From the NCBI GenBank assembly GCA_964437995.1, contig CAYTJB010000007.1, forward strand, positions 1 through 30,920: a stretch of DNA of 30,920 nt. Reading direction: 5' to 3'. The stretch comes from an uncultured Bacteroides sp. (lineage in GTDB: Bacteria > Bacteroidota > Bacteroidia > Bacteroidales > JACABE01). The stretch's first letter is position 1; each line of letters begins with the position of its first letter. Positions 18,540-27,643 of this stretch are shown here, piece after piece. Under the pieces are notes generated by a model. That model was not told the origin of the DNA, searched no databases, and worked only from the letters and a program-made list of their open reading frames with translations. Made by a program: the position numbers and the translations under genes.

Positions 18540-18893
18540 ATGAAAGATTTTAGAACGCTATAGGTCTGGCAAAAAAGCCATTCATTAACAATAGATATAT
18601 ATCTTCTTACATAGGAAATACCTAAAAGTGAATTATATGGATTAACTTCACAAATAAGAAGAGCCGCATCTTCCATTCCTACAAATATTGCAGAAGGTTG
18701 TGGAAGAGGAAGCGACAAAGATTTTGCAAGATTTATTCAAATTGCTATGGGTTCTGCAAGCGAAATTTCTTATCTATTAATTTTGATTTCAGATTTAAAC
18801 TATATTGATAAATCAATTGCACTAAATATGATTGAGAAAGTAAACGAAATCATGAAAATGCTATCGGCTTTAATAAAAACACTAAAGAAATAA
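18540..18893 (+). pseudogene. Four helix bundle protein (23S rRNA IVS-protein family) with two in-frame TAG codons; absent from the ORF track
   Basis: Manual translation: MKDFRTL*VWQKSHSLTIDIYLLT*EIPKSELYGLTSQIRRAASSIPTNIAEGCGRGSDKDFARFIQIAMGSASEISYLLILISDLNYIDKSIALNMIEKVNEIMKMLSALIKTLKK. TAG at 18561 and 18612; TAA at 18891. Confidence 0.92.
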
Positions 18894-18907
18894 TTTTTAA
18901 ATGCACC

Positions 18908-18954
18908 CTATTAGCTGTTAGTTTCTAACAGCTAATAGCTAACAGCTAACAGCT
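18908..18954 (+). repeat. Heptamer array CTAAYAG with perfect 14-bp hairpin, right flank of four-helix-bundle gene 2
   Basis: CTATTAGCTGTTAG (18908-18921) TTT CTAACAGCTAATAG (18925-18938), then CTAACAG CTAACAG CT directly before the fnlC ATG. Confidence 0.9.
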
Positions 18955-20091
18955 ATGAAAAATTCCAAACTCAAAGTAATGACCGTAGTTGGTACACGTC
19001 CAGAGATTATCCGACTATCATGCGTATTGCAAAAATTAGATGCTTCCGAAGTTATTGACCATGTATTGGTTCACACCGGACAGAATTACGACTATGAATT
19101 AAACGAAGTATTTTTTGAAGATTTAGGCTTGCGAAAACCCGATTTCTTTTTAAATGCTGCTGGTGGTAATGCTACAACTACGGCAGGGCAAATACTAATC
19201 AGTATTGACGCTGTTTTGGAAGAAGTAAAACCCGATGCCTTCCTTGTATTGGGCGATACAAATAGTTGCTTATGTGCTATTGCTGCAAAGAAAAGACATA
19301 TTCCTATTTTTCACATGGAAGCTGGCAATCGTTGCTTCGACCAGCGTGTTCCCGAAGAAAGTAATCGTAAAATAGTAGATCATACAGCCGATATTAATCT
19401 TACTTACTCTGATATTGCAAGGGAATATTTATTACGAGAAGGCTTGCCAGCCGACAGAGTAATAAAAACAGGCAGTCCGATGTATGAAGTGCTTATGAAT
19501 TATATGCCAAAAATTAAGAAATCAAATATTATCGAGAAATTACAACTCAAAAAACAAGCATATTTTGTGGTTTCGGCACATAGAGAAGAAAATATTTCCT
19601 CTGAAAAGCATTTTTTAAATTTGGTAAATATTTTGAACCAAATAGCTGAAAAATACAATTATCCTGTAATTGTGAGTACTCATCCGCGTACAAGGAAAAT
19701 GATTGAAAAAACAGGTGTTAGCTTTCATAAAAATATCAATTTAATGAAGCCAATGGGCTTGAGTGATTACATTTCATTGCAAATGAATGCCACAGCCGTA
19801 TTATCTGATAGTGGAACTATTTCGGAAGAGTCGTCAATTCTAAATTTTAGAGCACTCAATATTCGTGAAGCTCATGAACGTCCCGAAGCTATGGAAGAAA
19901 CTTCGGTAATGATGGTTGGTTTAAATCCGGAAAGAGTAATGCAAGGCTTGGTACAATTGCAATACCAAAATATTGAAAACAGAAATTTCCGTCAGGTTAA
20001 TGATTACAGCATGCCTAATGTTTCTGACAAGGTAGTGAGAATTATTTTATCATATACCGATTATATTAAACGTGTAGTTTGGAGCGAGTAA
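18955..20091 (+). CDS. fnlC: UDP-N-acetylhexosamine 2-epimerase, non-hydrolysing (FnlC/WbjD/CapG)
   Basis: VVGTRPEIIR, HTGQNYD, GDTNS, HMEAGNR, HREEN, SDSGTISEE, ERPE; follows fnlA-fnlB. Confidence 0.92.
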   Translation: MKNSKLKVMTVVGTRPEIIRLSCVLQKLDASEVIDHVLVHTGQNYDYELNEVFFEDLGLRKPDFFLNAAGGNATTTAGQILISIDAVLEEVKPDAFLVLGDTNSCLCAIAAKKRHIPIFHMEAGNRCFDQRVPEESNRKIVDHTADINLTYSDIAREYLLREGLPADRVIKTGSPMYEVLMNYMPKIKKSNIIEKLQLKKQAYFVVSAHREENISSEKHFLNLVNILNQIAEKYNYPVIVSTHPRTRKMIEKTGVSFHKNINLMKPMGLSDYISLQMNATAVLSDSGTISEESSILNFRALNIREAHERPEAMEETSVMMVGLNPERVMQGLVQLQYQNIENRNFRQVNDYSMPNVSDKVVRIILSYTDYIKRVVWSE

Positions 20092-20108
20092 CAATTTTTG
20101 AAATCTAA

Positions 20109-21320
20109 ATGAAGCTATTAATTGTAAGTCAGGTTTTTTGGCCCGAAAATTTCAGGATAAACGACCTGTGTACAGAATTAGTTAAACTTGGACACGAAGT
20201 AAGTGTAATTACAGGCAAACCAAATTACCCAAAAGGTAAATTTTATAAAGGTTATGGCTTATTTTCAAAAATAAAAAGCGATTATAACGGTGCTACTGTT
20301 TATCGCATTCCAATAATACCAAGGGGAAGTGCTTCAGGTTTAAGCCTTTCGATAAACTATTTATCTTTTGCATTTTTTGCATCTATTTTTGCATTTTTTC
20401 ACAGAAAAAAATATGATTTTTCTTTTGTTTTTGCTGTTTCGCCCATTACATCTGCATTACCTGCTATAGTTCATAGAGCTGTTTATGGCACCAAGCATTA
20501 TTTGTGGGTATTGGATTTGTGGCCCGAAGGCGTTGAGGTAACAGGAAAACTAAAATCGAAATTTCTTAAAAAACAATTATATTCGTTGGTTAAATTTATT
20601 TATCGGAAATCAGATAAAATTTATGTGTCTTCGCGGTTTATGGAAAATTCTATCGTTGAAAAATTACCAACAAATCATAAAAAAGAAATCATTTATTTAC
20701 CTAATTGGGCAGAAGACCATTTTGTGTCAGAAAATGTGGATAAAACTAAATACGCTTCATTAATACCAAAGGGTTTTATCATTATGTTTGCTGGTAATAT
20801 TGGATTTGGGCAAGATTGCCCTTCTATAATAAAGGCTGCACAATTATTACAGGCTGAAAAAAACGTTAAATTTGTTTTATTGGGCGATGGGAGCGAAAAG
20901 CAATACATGGAACAGCAAGTAAAAGAATTAGGTTTAGAAAATACTGTTTATTTTTTAGGCAGTTATCCAATTGAAGAAATGCCACATTTCTATTGCCATG
21001 CAGATATGATGTTACTAACACTCAGAGGAGGTTCAATTTATAATTATACTGTTCCCGGTAAACTACAAAGCTATCTTGCTTCAAAAAAGCCAATTGTAGC
21101 AATGATAAACGGAGAAACAAAAGAAATAATCGAAAAAAGCAAAAGTGGAATTGTAGTAAATGCTGAAGATTATAAATTATTTGCTGAAAAGATAGCTGAA
21201 GTAGCAAAAAAACCCAAATCTATTTTTGAAGAAATGGGACAGAATGGCTATGAATATTATTTTAAAACCTTTACAAAGAAAATCGTAATTACCACATTAT
21301 TGGATTCAGTAAAAAATTAA
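20109..21320 (+). CDS. Glycosyltransferase family 4 (WbuB/WbjE-like, candidate L-FucNAc transferase)
   Basis: SQVFWPENFRIND, GKPNYPKG, LDLWPE, FAGNIG-GQ, PGKLQSYLAS; directly after fnlABC. Confidence 0.88.
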   Translation: MKLLIVSQVFWPENFRINDLCTELVKLGHEVSVITGKPNYPKGKFYKGYGLFSKIKSDYNGATVYRIPIIPRGSASGLSLSINYLSFAFFASIFAFFHRKKYDFSFVFAVSPITSALPAIVHRAVYGTKHYLWVLDLWPEGVEVTGKLKSKFLKKQLYSLVKFIYRKSDKIYVSSRFMENSIVEKLPTNHKKEIIYLPNWAEDHFVSENVDKTKYASLIPKGFIIMFAGNIGFGQDCPSIIKAAQLLQAEKNVKFVLLGDGSEKQYMEQQVKELGLENTVYFLGSYPIEEMPHFYCHADMMLLTLRGGSIYNYTVPGKLQSYLASKKPIVAMINGETKEIIEKSKSGIVVNAEDYKLFAEKIAEVAKKPKSIFEEMGQNGYEYYFKTFTKKIVITTLLDSVKN

Positions 21321-21332
21321 TAAAATATTCAA

Positions 21333-22325
21333 ATGAAACAATTGGTTCGTAATGTAAAAATAATAGGAACAGGCTCTTATGTTCCTGAAACGATTTTTAC
21401 GAATGAATATTTAGAAACAATACTACCAACCTCATCAAAATGGATTTTTGAGAACTTGGGAATAAAAGAAAGACGTATTTCTGCAGAACATGAAGCTACA
21501 AGCGATTTGGCATGGAAAGCAGGTTTAAAAGCTATTGAAAATGCAGGTCTTACAAAAGATGATATTGATTTAATTATTGTAGCAACTGCTACACCCGATA
21601 GACTTGCTCCATCAACTGCTTGTATTGTTCAAGATAAATTGCAAGCATACAATGCAGTAGCTTTTGATATTGCTGCTGTTTGTAGTGGGTTTTTGTTTGG
21701 CATGTCAGTAGCTTCGCAATATATAGCCAGTGGTGTTTACGACAATGTGTTAGTGATTGGTGCTGATACTTTTTCTAAAATAACTGATTGGACTAAAAGA
21801 GATGCTGTGTTTTTTGGAGATGGAGCAGGGGCAGCAGTTCTTTCTCATTCTAATGTAACTGGTGGTTTTTTAGCATATCGTCTTTATTCTGATGGCAGAG
21901 GGAAACATCATTTTACAATACCAGCAGGAGGTTCCGAATTTCCAGCCAATCAAGAAACAGTGGACGAAAAAATGCATTATTTCCAAATGAATGGAAAAGC
22001 TGTTTATGAAACCGGCACCGTTGTTTTGCCAAAAGCAATTAATCAAGTACTTGCAGATACAGGTCTTACAATTGATGATATTGATTTGATGATTCCTCAC
22101 CAACCCAGTATTAAAATTTTACAAAAAACTGCCGAAGTTATTGGCTTGCCGTTTGAAAAAGTGATGACCAATATGGATAAATATGCCAATACCTCCGGAG
22201 GAACACTTCCAATATTGTTAGATGAAGTTAATCGTGCTGGTAAAATAAAAGCTGGAAATATTATTCTTTTTGCAGCCGTTGGAAGTGGATGGACTTATGG
22301 AGCAGCAATAATTAAGTGGGCTTAA
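21333..22325 (+). CDS. fabH: Beta-ketoacyl synthase III (FabH family)
   Basis: Catalytic triad intact: AAVCSGF (Cys), IPHQP (His), YANTS (Asn). Also GIKERR, FGDGAGA, GSGWTYG. Probably a pathway-specific paralog. Confidence 0.9.
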   Translation: MKQLVRNVKIIGTGSYVPETIFTNEYLETILPTSSKWIFENLGIKERRISAEHEATSDLAWKAGLKAIENAGLTKDDIDLIIVATATPDRLAPSTACIVQDKLQAYNAVAFDIAAVCSGFLFGMSVASQYIASGVYDNVLVIGADTFSKITDWTKRDAVFFGDGAGAAVLSHSNVTGGFLAYRLYSDGRGKHHFTIPAGGSEFPANQETVDEKMHYFQMNGKAVYETGTVVLPKAINQVLADTGLTIDDIDLMIPHQPSIKILQKTAEVIGLPFEKVMTNMDKYANTSGGTLPILLDEVNRAGKIKAGNIILFAAVGSGWTYGAAIIKWA

Positions 22326-22349
22326 TATTATACCAAAACAAAAGAAATT

Positions 22350-23033
22350 ATGATAATAATTACAGGAGCATCAAGAGGAATAGGCAAATACCTATTTAAC
22401 TCATTTCTTCAAACTTCAGAAGAACAAATAATTGGTACATATTTCAATACAAAACCAACTGAAAATATTGAAAAGTTTGTAAAATTAGATGTTTGCGATT
22501 TTGAACAAATAAATAATTTTGTGCAGGAAAAATTGAGCGAATTTAAAAATATTACACTTATTAATTGTGCAGGAATAACTTACAACGCTTTTGCACATAA
22601 AAGTGATCCGGAAAAATGGAAAAATGTTATAGAAATAAACGTATTTGGAACGTATAATTTTATAAGAGCTTTGTTGCCAATAATGAGAGAACAGAAATTT
22701 GGAAGAATTATCAATTTTTCATCAGTAGTGGCAATAAAACCTACACCTGGAATTAGTGCTTATGCTGCTTCAAAATCAGCATTATGGGGCTTGTCGAAAT
22801 CAATAGCAATAGAAAATGCAGCATTTAATATCAATATAAACAATATTAATCTTGGTTATTCTGAGTTAGGCATGATTGAAATGGTTCCCGAAGAATACAA
22901 GAAAAATATTATTTCTCAAATTCCGGCAGGCACTCTTTGCGAGCCAAAAGATATTTTAAATACTGTAAATTATTTAAAAACAACAAGGTACATAACCGGT
23001 TCGTCTATTGATTTAAGTGGTGGACTTATTTAA
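22350..23033 (+). CDS. Short-chain dehydrogenase/reductase (FabG/acetoacetyl-CoA reductase-like)
   Basis: ITGASRGIG, INCAG, GRIINFSS, YAASK (YxxxK). Confidence 0.88.
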   Translation: MIIITGASRGIGKYLFNSFLQTSEEQIIGTYFNTKPTENIEKFVKLDVCDFEQINNFVQEKLSEFKNITLINCAGITYNAFAHKSDPEKWKNVIEINVFGTYNFIRALLPIMREQKFGRIINFSSVVAIKPTPGISAYAASKSALWGLSKSIAIENAAFNININNINLGYSELGMIEMVPEEYKKNIISQIPAGTLCEPKDILNTVNYLKTTRYITGSSIDLSGGLI

Positions 23034-23040
23034 CAAAAAA

Positions 23041-24114
23041 ATGGAACTACAATTTAAAAAATTTGACAAAAACACTGAGTTAAAAAAGCAGCGAGATCTT
23101 TTTGTAGATTGCTTTCCAGAAAATATTGGTACTGCTGTTGTTCAAGAAAATCATTATAATTGGAAATTCCATACTTTCCCCAATGCTACTTCTTCTTACG
23201 AGTATGTATCTTATGTTGAAGAAGATATGATAGGTTATTATGCAGCCATTCCTTACAAATATAAAATAAATGATAAAATTACGCCAGTAGCTATGGTATG
23301 CGATGTAATGACGAGTTCAAAATATCGTGGCAAAGGAATTTTTACCAAATTGGGAGCTTATTCAACCAATGAGTTTAAAAATGAAGGCTTACCATTTACA
23401 ACAGGCTATCCCATTAGAAAAGAAGTAATACCAGGTCATTTAAAAGTAGGTTGGAAAATAGCTTTTGAACTTCCGCTTTACATTAAATTATTAAAAGTAG
23501 ATGGCATTTTAAAGAAAAAAAAACTTTCTTTCTTGTCAATATTTATTAATCCGTGTTTGAACTTATATCATTTTATTTTATCTGTCAATTTCAAAAACAA
23601 ATCAGATTATTCAATAAAAATTTACAACAAAATTGATGAAATAGAAGGAATTGAAGCCTTTACAAGTGAATGGTCGAAGCAAATACCCAATGCACTTATT
23701 AAAGATAAAGCATTTCTTAATTGGAGATTTAATGCACCGGAAAGAAATTATCATTTTATTGTTGCTATGAAAAACGGGGAAATTCATGGTTTAATGGTTG
23801 CTCGTAAAATTATCAAAGAAGAAATTCCTTCATTGGCAATAATGGATTGGATGGTGTTAAATAACGAAAAAACAATTAATTACTTATTGAATAAAACAAT
23901 TTATTCATTTGCAAAAAATTATCATTTAGAAACAATTTTGTGTATGATGAGTAAATATTCTGCCAATAATTGTAAGCTTTTTAAAAATGGGTTTCTAAAA
24001 AGTCCGTATAAATTTTATTTAATTATTAAAAATCTCACGCAAGAATTTTCAGATAAAATACTTTTAAATGAAAAAAATTGGCATTTAATGTGGGTAGATT
24101 CAGACGATTTATAA
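23041..24114 (+). CDS. GNAT-family N-acyltransferase; start set at Met9 of the called ORF
   Basis: Acyl-CoA-binding motif DVMTSSKYRGKGIF, YNWKF, FLNWRF, W---DSD C-terminus. Confidence 0.8.
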   Translation: MELQFKKFDKNTELKKQRDLFVDCFPENIGTAVVQENHYNWKFHTFPNATSSYEYVSYVEEDMIGYYAAIPYKYKINDKITPVAMVCDVMTSSKYRGKGIFTKLGAYSTNEFKNEGLPFTTGYPIRKEVIPGHLKVGWKIAFELPLYIKLLKVDGILKKKKLSFLSIFINPCLNLYHFILSVNFKNKSDYSIKIYNKIDEIEGIEAFTSEWSKQIPNALIKDKAFLNWRFNAPERNYHFIVAMKNGEIHGLMVARKIIKEEIPSLAIMDWMVLNNEKTINYLLNKTIYSFAKNYHLETILCMMSKYSANNCKLFKNGFLKSPYKFYLIIKNLTQEFSDKILLNEKNWHLMWVDSDDL

Positions 24115-24115
24115 A

Positions 24116-24964
24116 ATGAATATTTTAACTGTTGATGTTGAAGAATGGTTTCATTTGTTAGATAATAATTCTACCAAAACCTATAAAGAATGGAGTCAAT
24201 ACGAAAGCCGTATTCAAGCTAATATGGAACGGATTTTTGCTATTTTGGAACAATATAATCAGAAAGCAACATTTTTTTGTTTGGGTTGGATAGCAGAAAA
24301 ATATCCTGAAATTATTCGCAAAATCGCAAATAAAGGTTATGAAATAGGCTCTCATACTCGCATGCACCAGTTAATCTACGAGCAATCTCCTTTGGAGTTC
24401 AAAAAAGATATTGAACATTCAATAAAAACCTTAGAAGATATTACTGGCAACAAAATTAAATATTTTAGAGCACCGGGGTTTTCAATTAAAAAAGAAAATA
24501 CTTGGGCATTTGAAATTATTGCTGAGCAAGGAATAGAAGTGGATAGTTCTATTTTCCCAGTCCAGCGATCTCACGGTGGTTTACCAAATTATACCAATCC
24601 ACTTCCTTCCGTAATTAAATATCAGGGAATTACGTTAAAAGAATTACCTATTAATTATGCCCGCTTAATGGGTATGTCTTTCATTTTTACGGGAGGTGGT
24701 TATTTCAGATTATTCCCATACTCTTTAATCAAAAAATGGACAAAAGAATCAGATTATATCATGTCGTACGTACATCCGAGAGATTTTGATGCCAAACAAC
24801 CAATGATAAAAGATTTATCTTTATTCAGAAAATTCAAATCGTATTATGGTTTACGTACTTCAGAAGATAAATTTAGACAATGGTTATCTGATTTTAAATT
24901 TATTGATATTGGAACAGCCGTAAATCAAATAGATTGGGAAAATGCTCCTATTGTAAATCTATAA
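24116..24964 (+). CDS. Polysaccharide deacetylase family protein (CE4, DUF3473/PEP-CTERM-locus type)
   Basis: LTVDVEEWF, ATFFCLGW, HTRMH, FRAPGFS, DSSIFP, GGGYFRLFPY, YVHPRDFD. Confidence 0.9.
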   Translation: MNILTVDVEEWFHLLDNNSTKTYKEWSQYESRIQANMERIFAILEQYNQKATFFCLGWIAEKYPEIIRKIANKGYEIGSHTRMHQLIYEQSPLEFKKDIEHSIKTLEDITGNKIKYFRAPGFSIKKENTWAFEIIAEQGIEVDSSIFPVQRSHGGLPNYTNPLPSVIKYQGITLKELPINYARLMGMSFIFTGGGYFRLFPYSLIKKWTKESDYIMSYVHPRDFDAKQPMIKDLSLFRKFKSYYGLRTSEDKFRQWLSDFKFIDIGTAVNQIDWENAPIVNL

Positions 24965-25008
24965 AAATGTAACTTCATAACAGTTTTAAACAACATAATA
25001 ATAAAAAT

Positions 25009-26088
25009 ATGTCAAAAATAGCCTTAATTACTGGTATTACAGGACAAGACGGTTCTTATTTAGCCGAATTTCTTATAGAAAAAGGATACGAAGTACACGG
25101 TATTATGCGTCGTGCTTCTTCTTTTAACACTGCACGAATTGAACACCTTTATTTTGATGAGTGGATAAAAGATACTCACCAAAAGCGTAGCATTAATTTG
25201 CATTATGGTGATATGACCGATAGTAGCTCTCTTATCCGTATTATACAATCAGTACAACCCGACGAAATTTATAACTTGGCTGCACAAAGCCATGTACAAG
25301 TGTCGTTTGAAGTGCCGGAATATACAGCCGAATCAGATGCTGTGGGCACATTGCGTATATTAGAAGCTGTTCGCATTTTAGGTATGGAAAAGAAATGCAA
25401 GATATATCAAGCTTCTACCTCTGAGTTATATGGCAAGGTACAGGAAGTACCTCAAAAAGAAACTACGCCTTTCTATCCTCGTTCGCCTTATGGTGTTGCC
25501 AAGCAATATGGTTTTTGGATTACAAAAAATTATCGCGAATCTTATGGCATGTTTGCTGTAAACGGTATTCTTTTCAATCACGAAAGTGAGCGTCGTGGCG
25601 AAACTTTTGTTACACGCAAAATCACATTGGCTGCAAGTCGTATTGCTCATGGTTTGCAAAAGAAATTGTATATGGGTAATTTAGATGCTTTACGCGATTG
25701 GGGCTATGCTAAAGATTATGTGCAATGTATGTGGATGATGTTGCAACACTCAGAACCCGAAGATTTTGTAATTGCAACTGGCGAAATGCATACCGTACGT
25801 GAGTTTATTGAATTGGCTTTTAAAGAAGCAAATATTGAAATTATATGGCAAGGAAAAGGTATAGATGAAAAAGGCATTAATAAAACTACAAAAGAAATAT
25901 TGGTAGAAGTAGATTCAAAATATTTCCGTCCTGCAGAAGTAGAGCAACTCTGTGGCGACCCTACTAAAGCAAAAACATTACTTGGCTGGAATCCAACCCA
26001 AACGCCTTTTAAAGAACTTGTAAAAAAAATGATGAAACACGATTTGGTGTATGTGAAAAAGTTGCATGAGTCGAAAGTTGAGATTTAA
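25009..26088 (+). CDS. gmd: GDP-mannose 4,6-dehydratase
   Basis: [66 protein letters not shown]. Confidence 0.97.
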   Translation: MSKIALITGITGQDGSYLAEFLIEKGYEVHGIMRRASSFNTARIEHLYFDEWIKDTHQKRSINLHYGDMTDSSSLIRIIQSVQPDEIYNLAAQSHVQVSFEVPEYTAESDAVGTLRILEAVRILGMEKKCKIYQASTSELYGKVQEVPQKETTPFYPRSPYGVAKQYGFWITKNYRESYGMFAVNGILFNHESERRGETFVTRKITLAASRIAHGLQKKLYMGNLDALRDWGYAKDYVQCMWMMLQHSEPEDFVIATGEMHTVREFIELAFKEANIEIIWQGKGIDEKGINKTTKEILVEVDSKYFRPAEVEQLCGDPTKAKTLLGWNPTQTPFKELVKKMMKHDLVYVKKLHESKVEI

Positions 26089-26092
26089 AAAA

Positions 26093-27199
26093 ATGGAAAA
26101 ACACAGTAAAATATACATAGCCGGACACAAAGGTCTTGTCGGCTCTGCATTATGGAACAATTTGCTTTCAAAAGGCTATACAAATCTTATTGGAAAAACA
26201 ATAGAGGAACTTGATTTGATGAATCAACAAGCTGTGGAAGCGTTTTTTGAAACAGAAAAACCTGAATATGTTGTTCTTGCAGCTGCTAAAGTTGGAGGTA
26301 TTGTAGCAAATAATACCTATCGCGGACAATTTATTTACGAAAATCTTCAAATACAAAACAACGTTATTCATCAAGCCTATCTGAGCGGCGTAAAAAAACT
26401 TCTTTTTTTGGGTTCAACCTGCATTTATCCTCGTGATGCTCAACAACCCATGCCCGAAGATTGTTTGTTAACAGATGTATTGGAATACACCAACGAACCT
26501 TATGCCATTGCTAAGATTGCTGGATTAAAAATGTGTGAGAGCTATAATCTTCAGTACGGAACTAATTTTATAGCTGTAATGCCTACCAATCTTTATGGTC
26601 CTAATGATAATTTTGATTTAGAAAAAAGTCATGTATTGCCAGCTTTGATTCGTAAAATATATTTGGGTAAATGTCTTGAAAATTCTAATTGGCAAGCAAT
26701 TCGCGAAGATTTGAATAAACGACCTATCGAAAAAATTGATGGAAATGCAACAGAACAAGCTATTCTAAGTATTTTATCAAACTATGGAATGAAAGTAAAT
26801 CAACACCCAATTTCTGTGGAGATTTGGGGAAGTGGTAAGCCTTTGCGCGAATTTTTGTGGAGCGAAGAAATGGCAGATGCTTGCATTTACATTATGGAAA
26901 ATGTTGATTTTAAGGATATTGTTAATAGTTCGGCAAATCAATTAAATACGCAAGTTAAAGAAATTCGCAATACTCATATCAATATTGGTACAGGGAAGGA
27001 AATTACAATAAAAAACCTTGCACATCTTATCAAAGAAACGGTTGGTTTTAAAGGAAACCTTGAATTTAATGCTTCTAAGCCCGATGGCACTACGCGTAAA
27101 CTTACCAATCCTTCAAAATTGCATAGTCTTGGTTGGCATCACAAAATTGAAATAGAAGAAGGTATTAGAAAAATGTACGAATGGTATGTTCAAAATTAG
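26093..27199 (+). CDS. fcl: GDP-L-fucose synthase; start set at Met10 of the called ORF
   Basis: IAGHKGLVGSA, LAAAKVGGI, LGSTCIYP, YAIAKIAG, MPTNLYGPNDNF, SHVLPA, WGSGKPLREF, KPDGT. Confidence 0.96.
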   Translation: MEKHSKIYIAGHKGLVGSALWNNLLSKGYTNLIGKTIEELDLMNQQAVEAFFETEKPEYVVLAAAKVGGIVANNTYRGQFIYENLQIQNNVIHQAYLSGVKKLLFLGSTCIYPRDAQQPMPEDCLLTDVLEYTNEPYAIAKIAGLKMCESYNLQYGTNFIAVMPTNLYGPNDNFDLEKSHVLPALIRKIYLGKCLENSNWQAIREDLNKRPIEKIDGNATEQAILSILSNYGMKVNQHPISVEIWGSGKPLREFLWSEEMADACIYIMENVDFKDIVNSSANQLNTQVKEIRNTHINIGTGKEITIKNLAHLIKETVGFKGNLEFNASKPDGTTRKLTNPSKLHSLGWHHKIEIEEGIRKMYEWYVQN

Positions 27200-27221
27200 T
27201 TCGCGTAATTCGTTAAATTTG

Positions 27222-27602
27222 ATGATTAAAAAAAGTATTCTCATATTATACCTTGCCATTATCACTACGCTAAGTATTATACCTTCATCAGATATGTCAA
27301 GTATAAAACTTTTTAAACATTCAGACAAAGTAGCACATATTTGTATGTACGCTGGATTGAGCTTTCTGTTGTTGTGGTTATGGAATAAACAAACAAACAA
27401 AAGCAAGTATTTAACAATTCTACTTATTATATTTGGATGGGGATTATTAATGGAAATTATTCAAGGAACAAGTCATTTAGGTCGTTCATTTGACATGCTT
27501 GATATAATAGCTAATATATTAGGCTTTTTGCCTGGCTTGTTAGTTTGGGAAATAATAATCAAAAAGTTTGGAGAAAAGATAGATTCTTCAAAATTATCAT
27601 AA
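27222..27602 (+). CDS. VanZ-like small membrane protein; start set at Met13 of the called ORF
   Basis: DKVAH--MY, EIIQ, GRSFDMLDIIAN--G motifs, four hydrophobic segments. Confidence 0.85.
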   Translation: MIKKSILILYLAIITTLSIIPSSDMSSIKLFKHSDKVAHICMYAGLSFLLLWLWNKQTNKSKYLTILLIIFGWGLLMEIIQGTSHLGRSFDMLDIIANILGFLPGLLVWEIIIKKFGEKIDSSKLS

Positions 27603-27643
27603 TCTTGACAATATTTTTTTATTAAACTTGCCTTTACTTTTAT

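Noticed and set aside
16934-18893. Nearby 23S rRNA gene or classical IS element around the bundle genes
   Set aside because: No rRNA-like sequence, transposase ORF or clear target-site duplication is visible; the flanks are protein-coding fnl genes.
17878-18954. CRISPR array or DGR interpretation of the repeats
   Set aside because: Units are 7-bp tandem copies without spacers; there are no cas genes, reverse transcriptase or template/variable repeat pair, despite the bundle family's relation to Avd.
8270-23523. Homopolymer tracts as phase-variation sites (T9 at 8270-8278 in wzx, A9 at 11145-11153, A9 at 23515-23523)
   Set aside because: All genes are in frame, and A/T runs of 8-9 are expected in DNA this AT-rich.
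26660-26810. Extra segment in Fcl relative to enterobacterial enzymes (ENSNWQAIREDLNKRP...)
   Set aside because: Recognised as the usual longer Bacteroidota form of GDP-fucose synthase, not specific to this locus.
27605-27630. Internal promoter for the exosortase gene (TTG...TAAACTTG)
   Set aside because: One mismatch to TAnnTTTG and short spacing to the putative -33; not distinguishable from chance.
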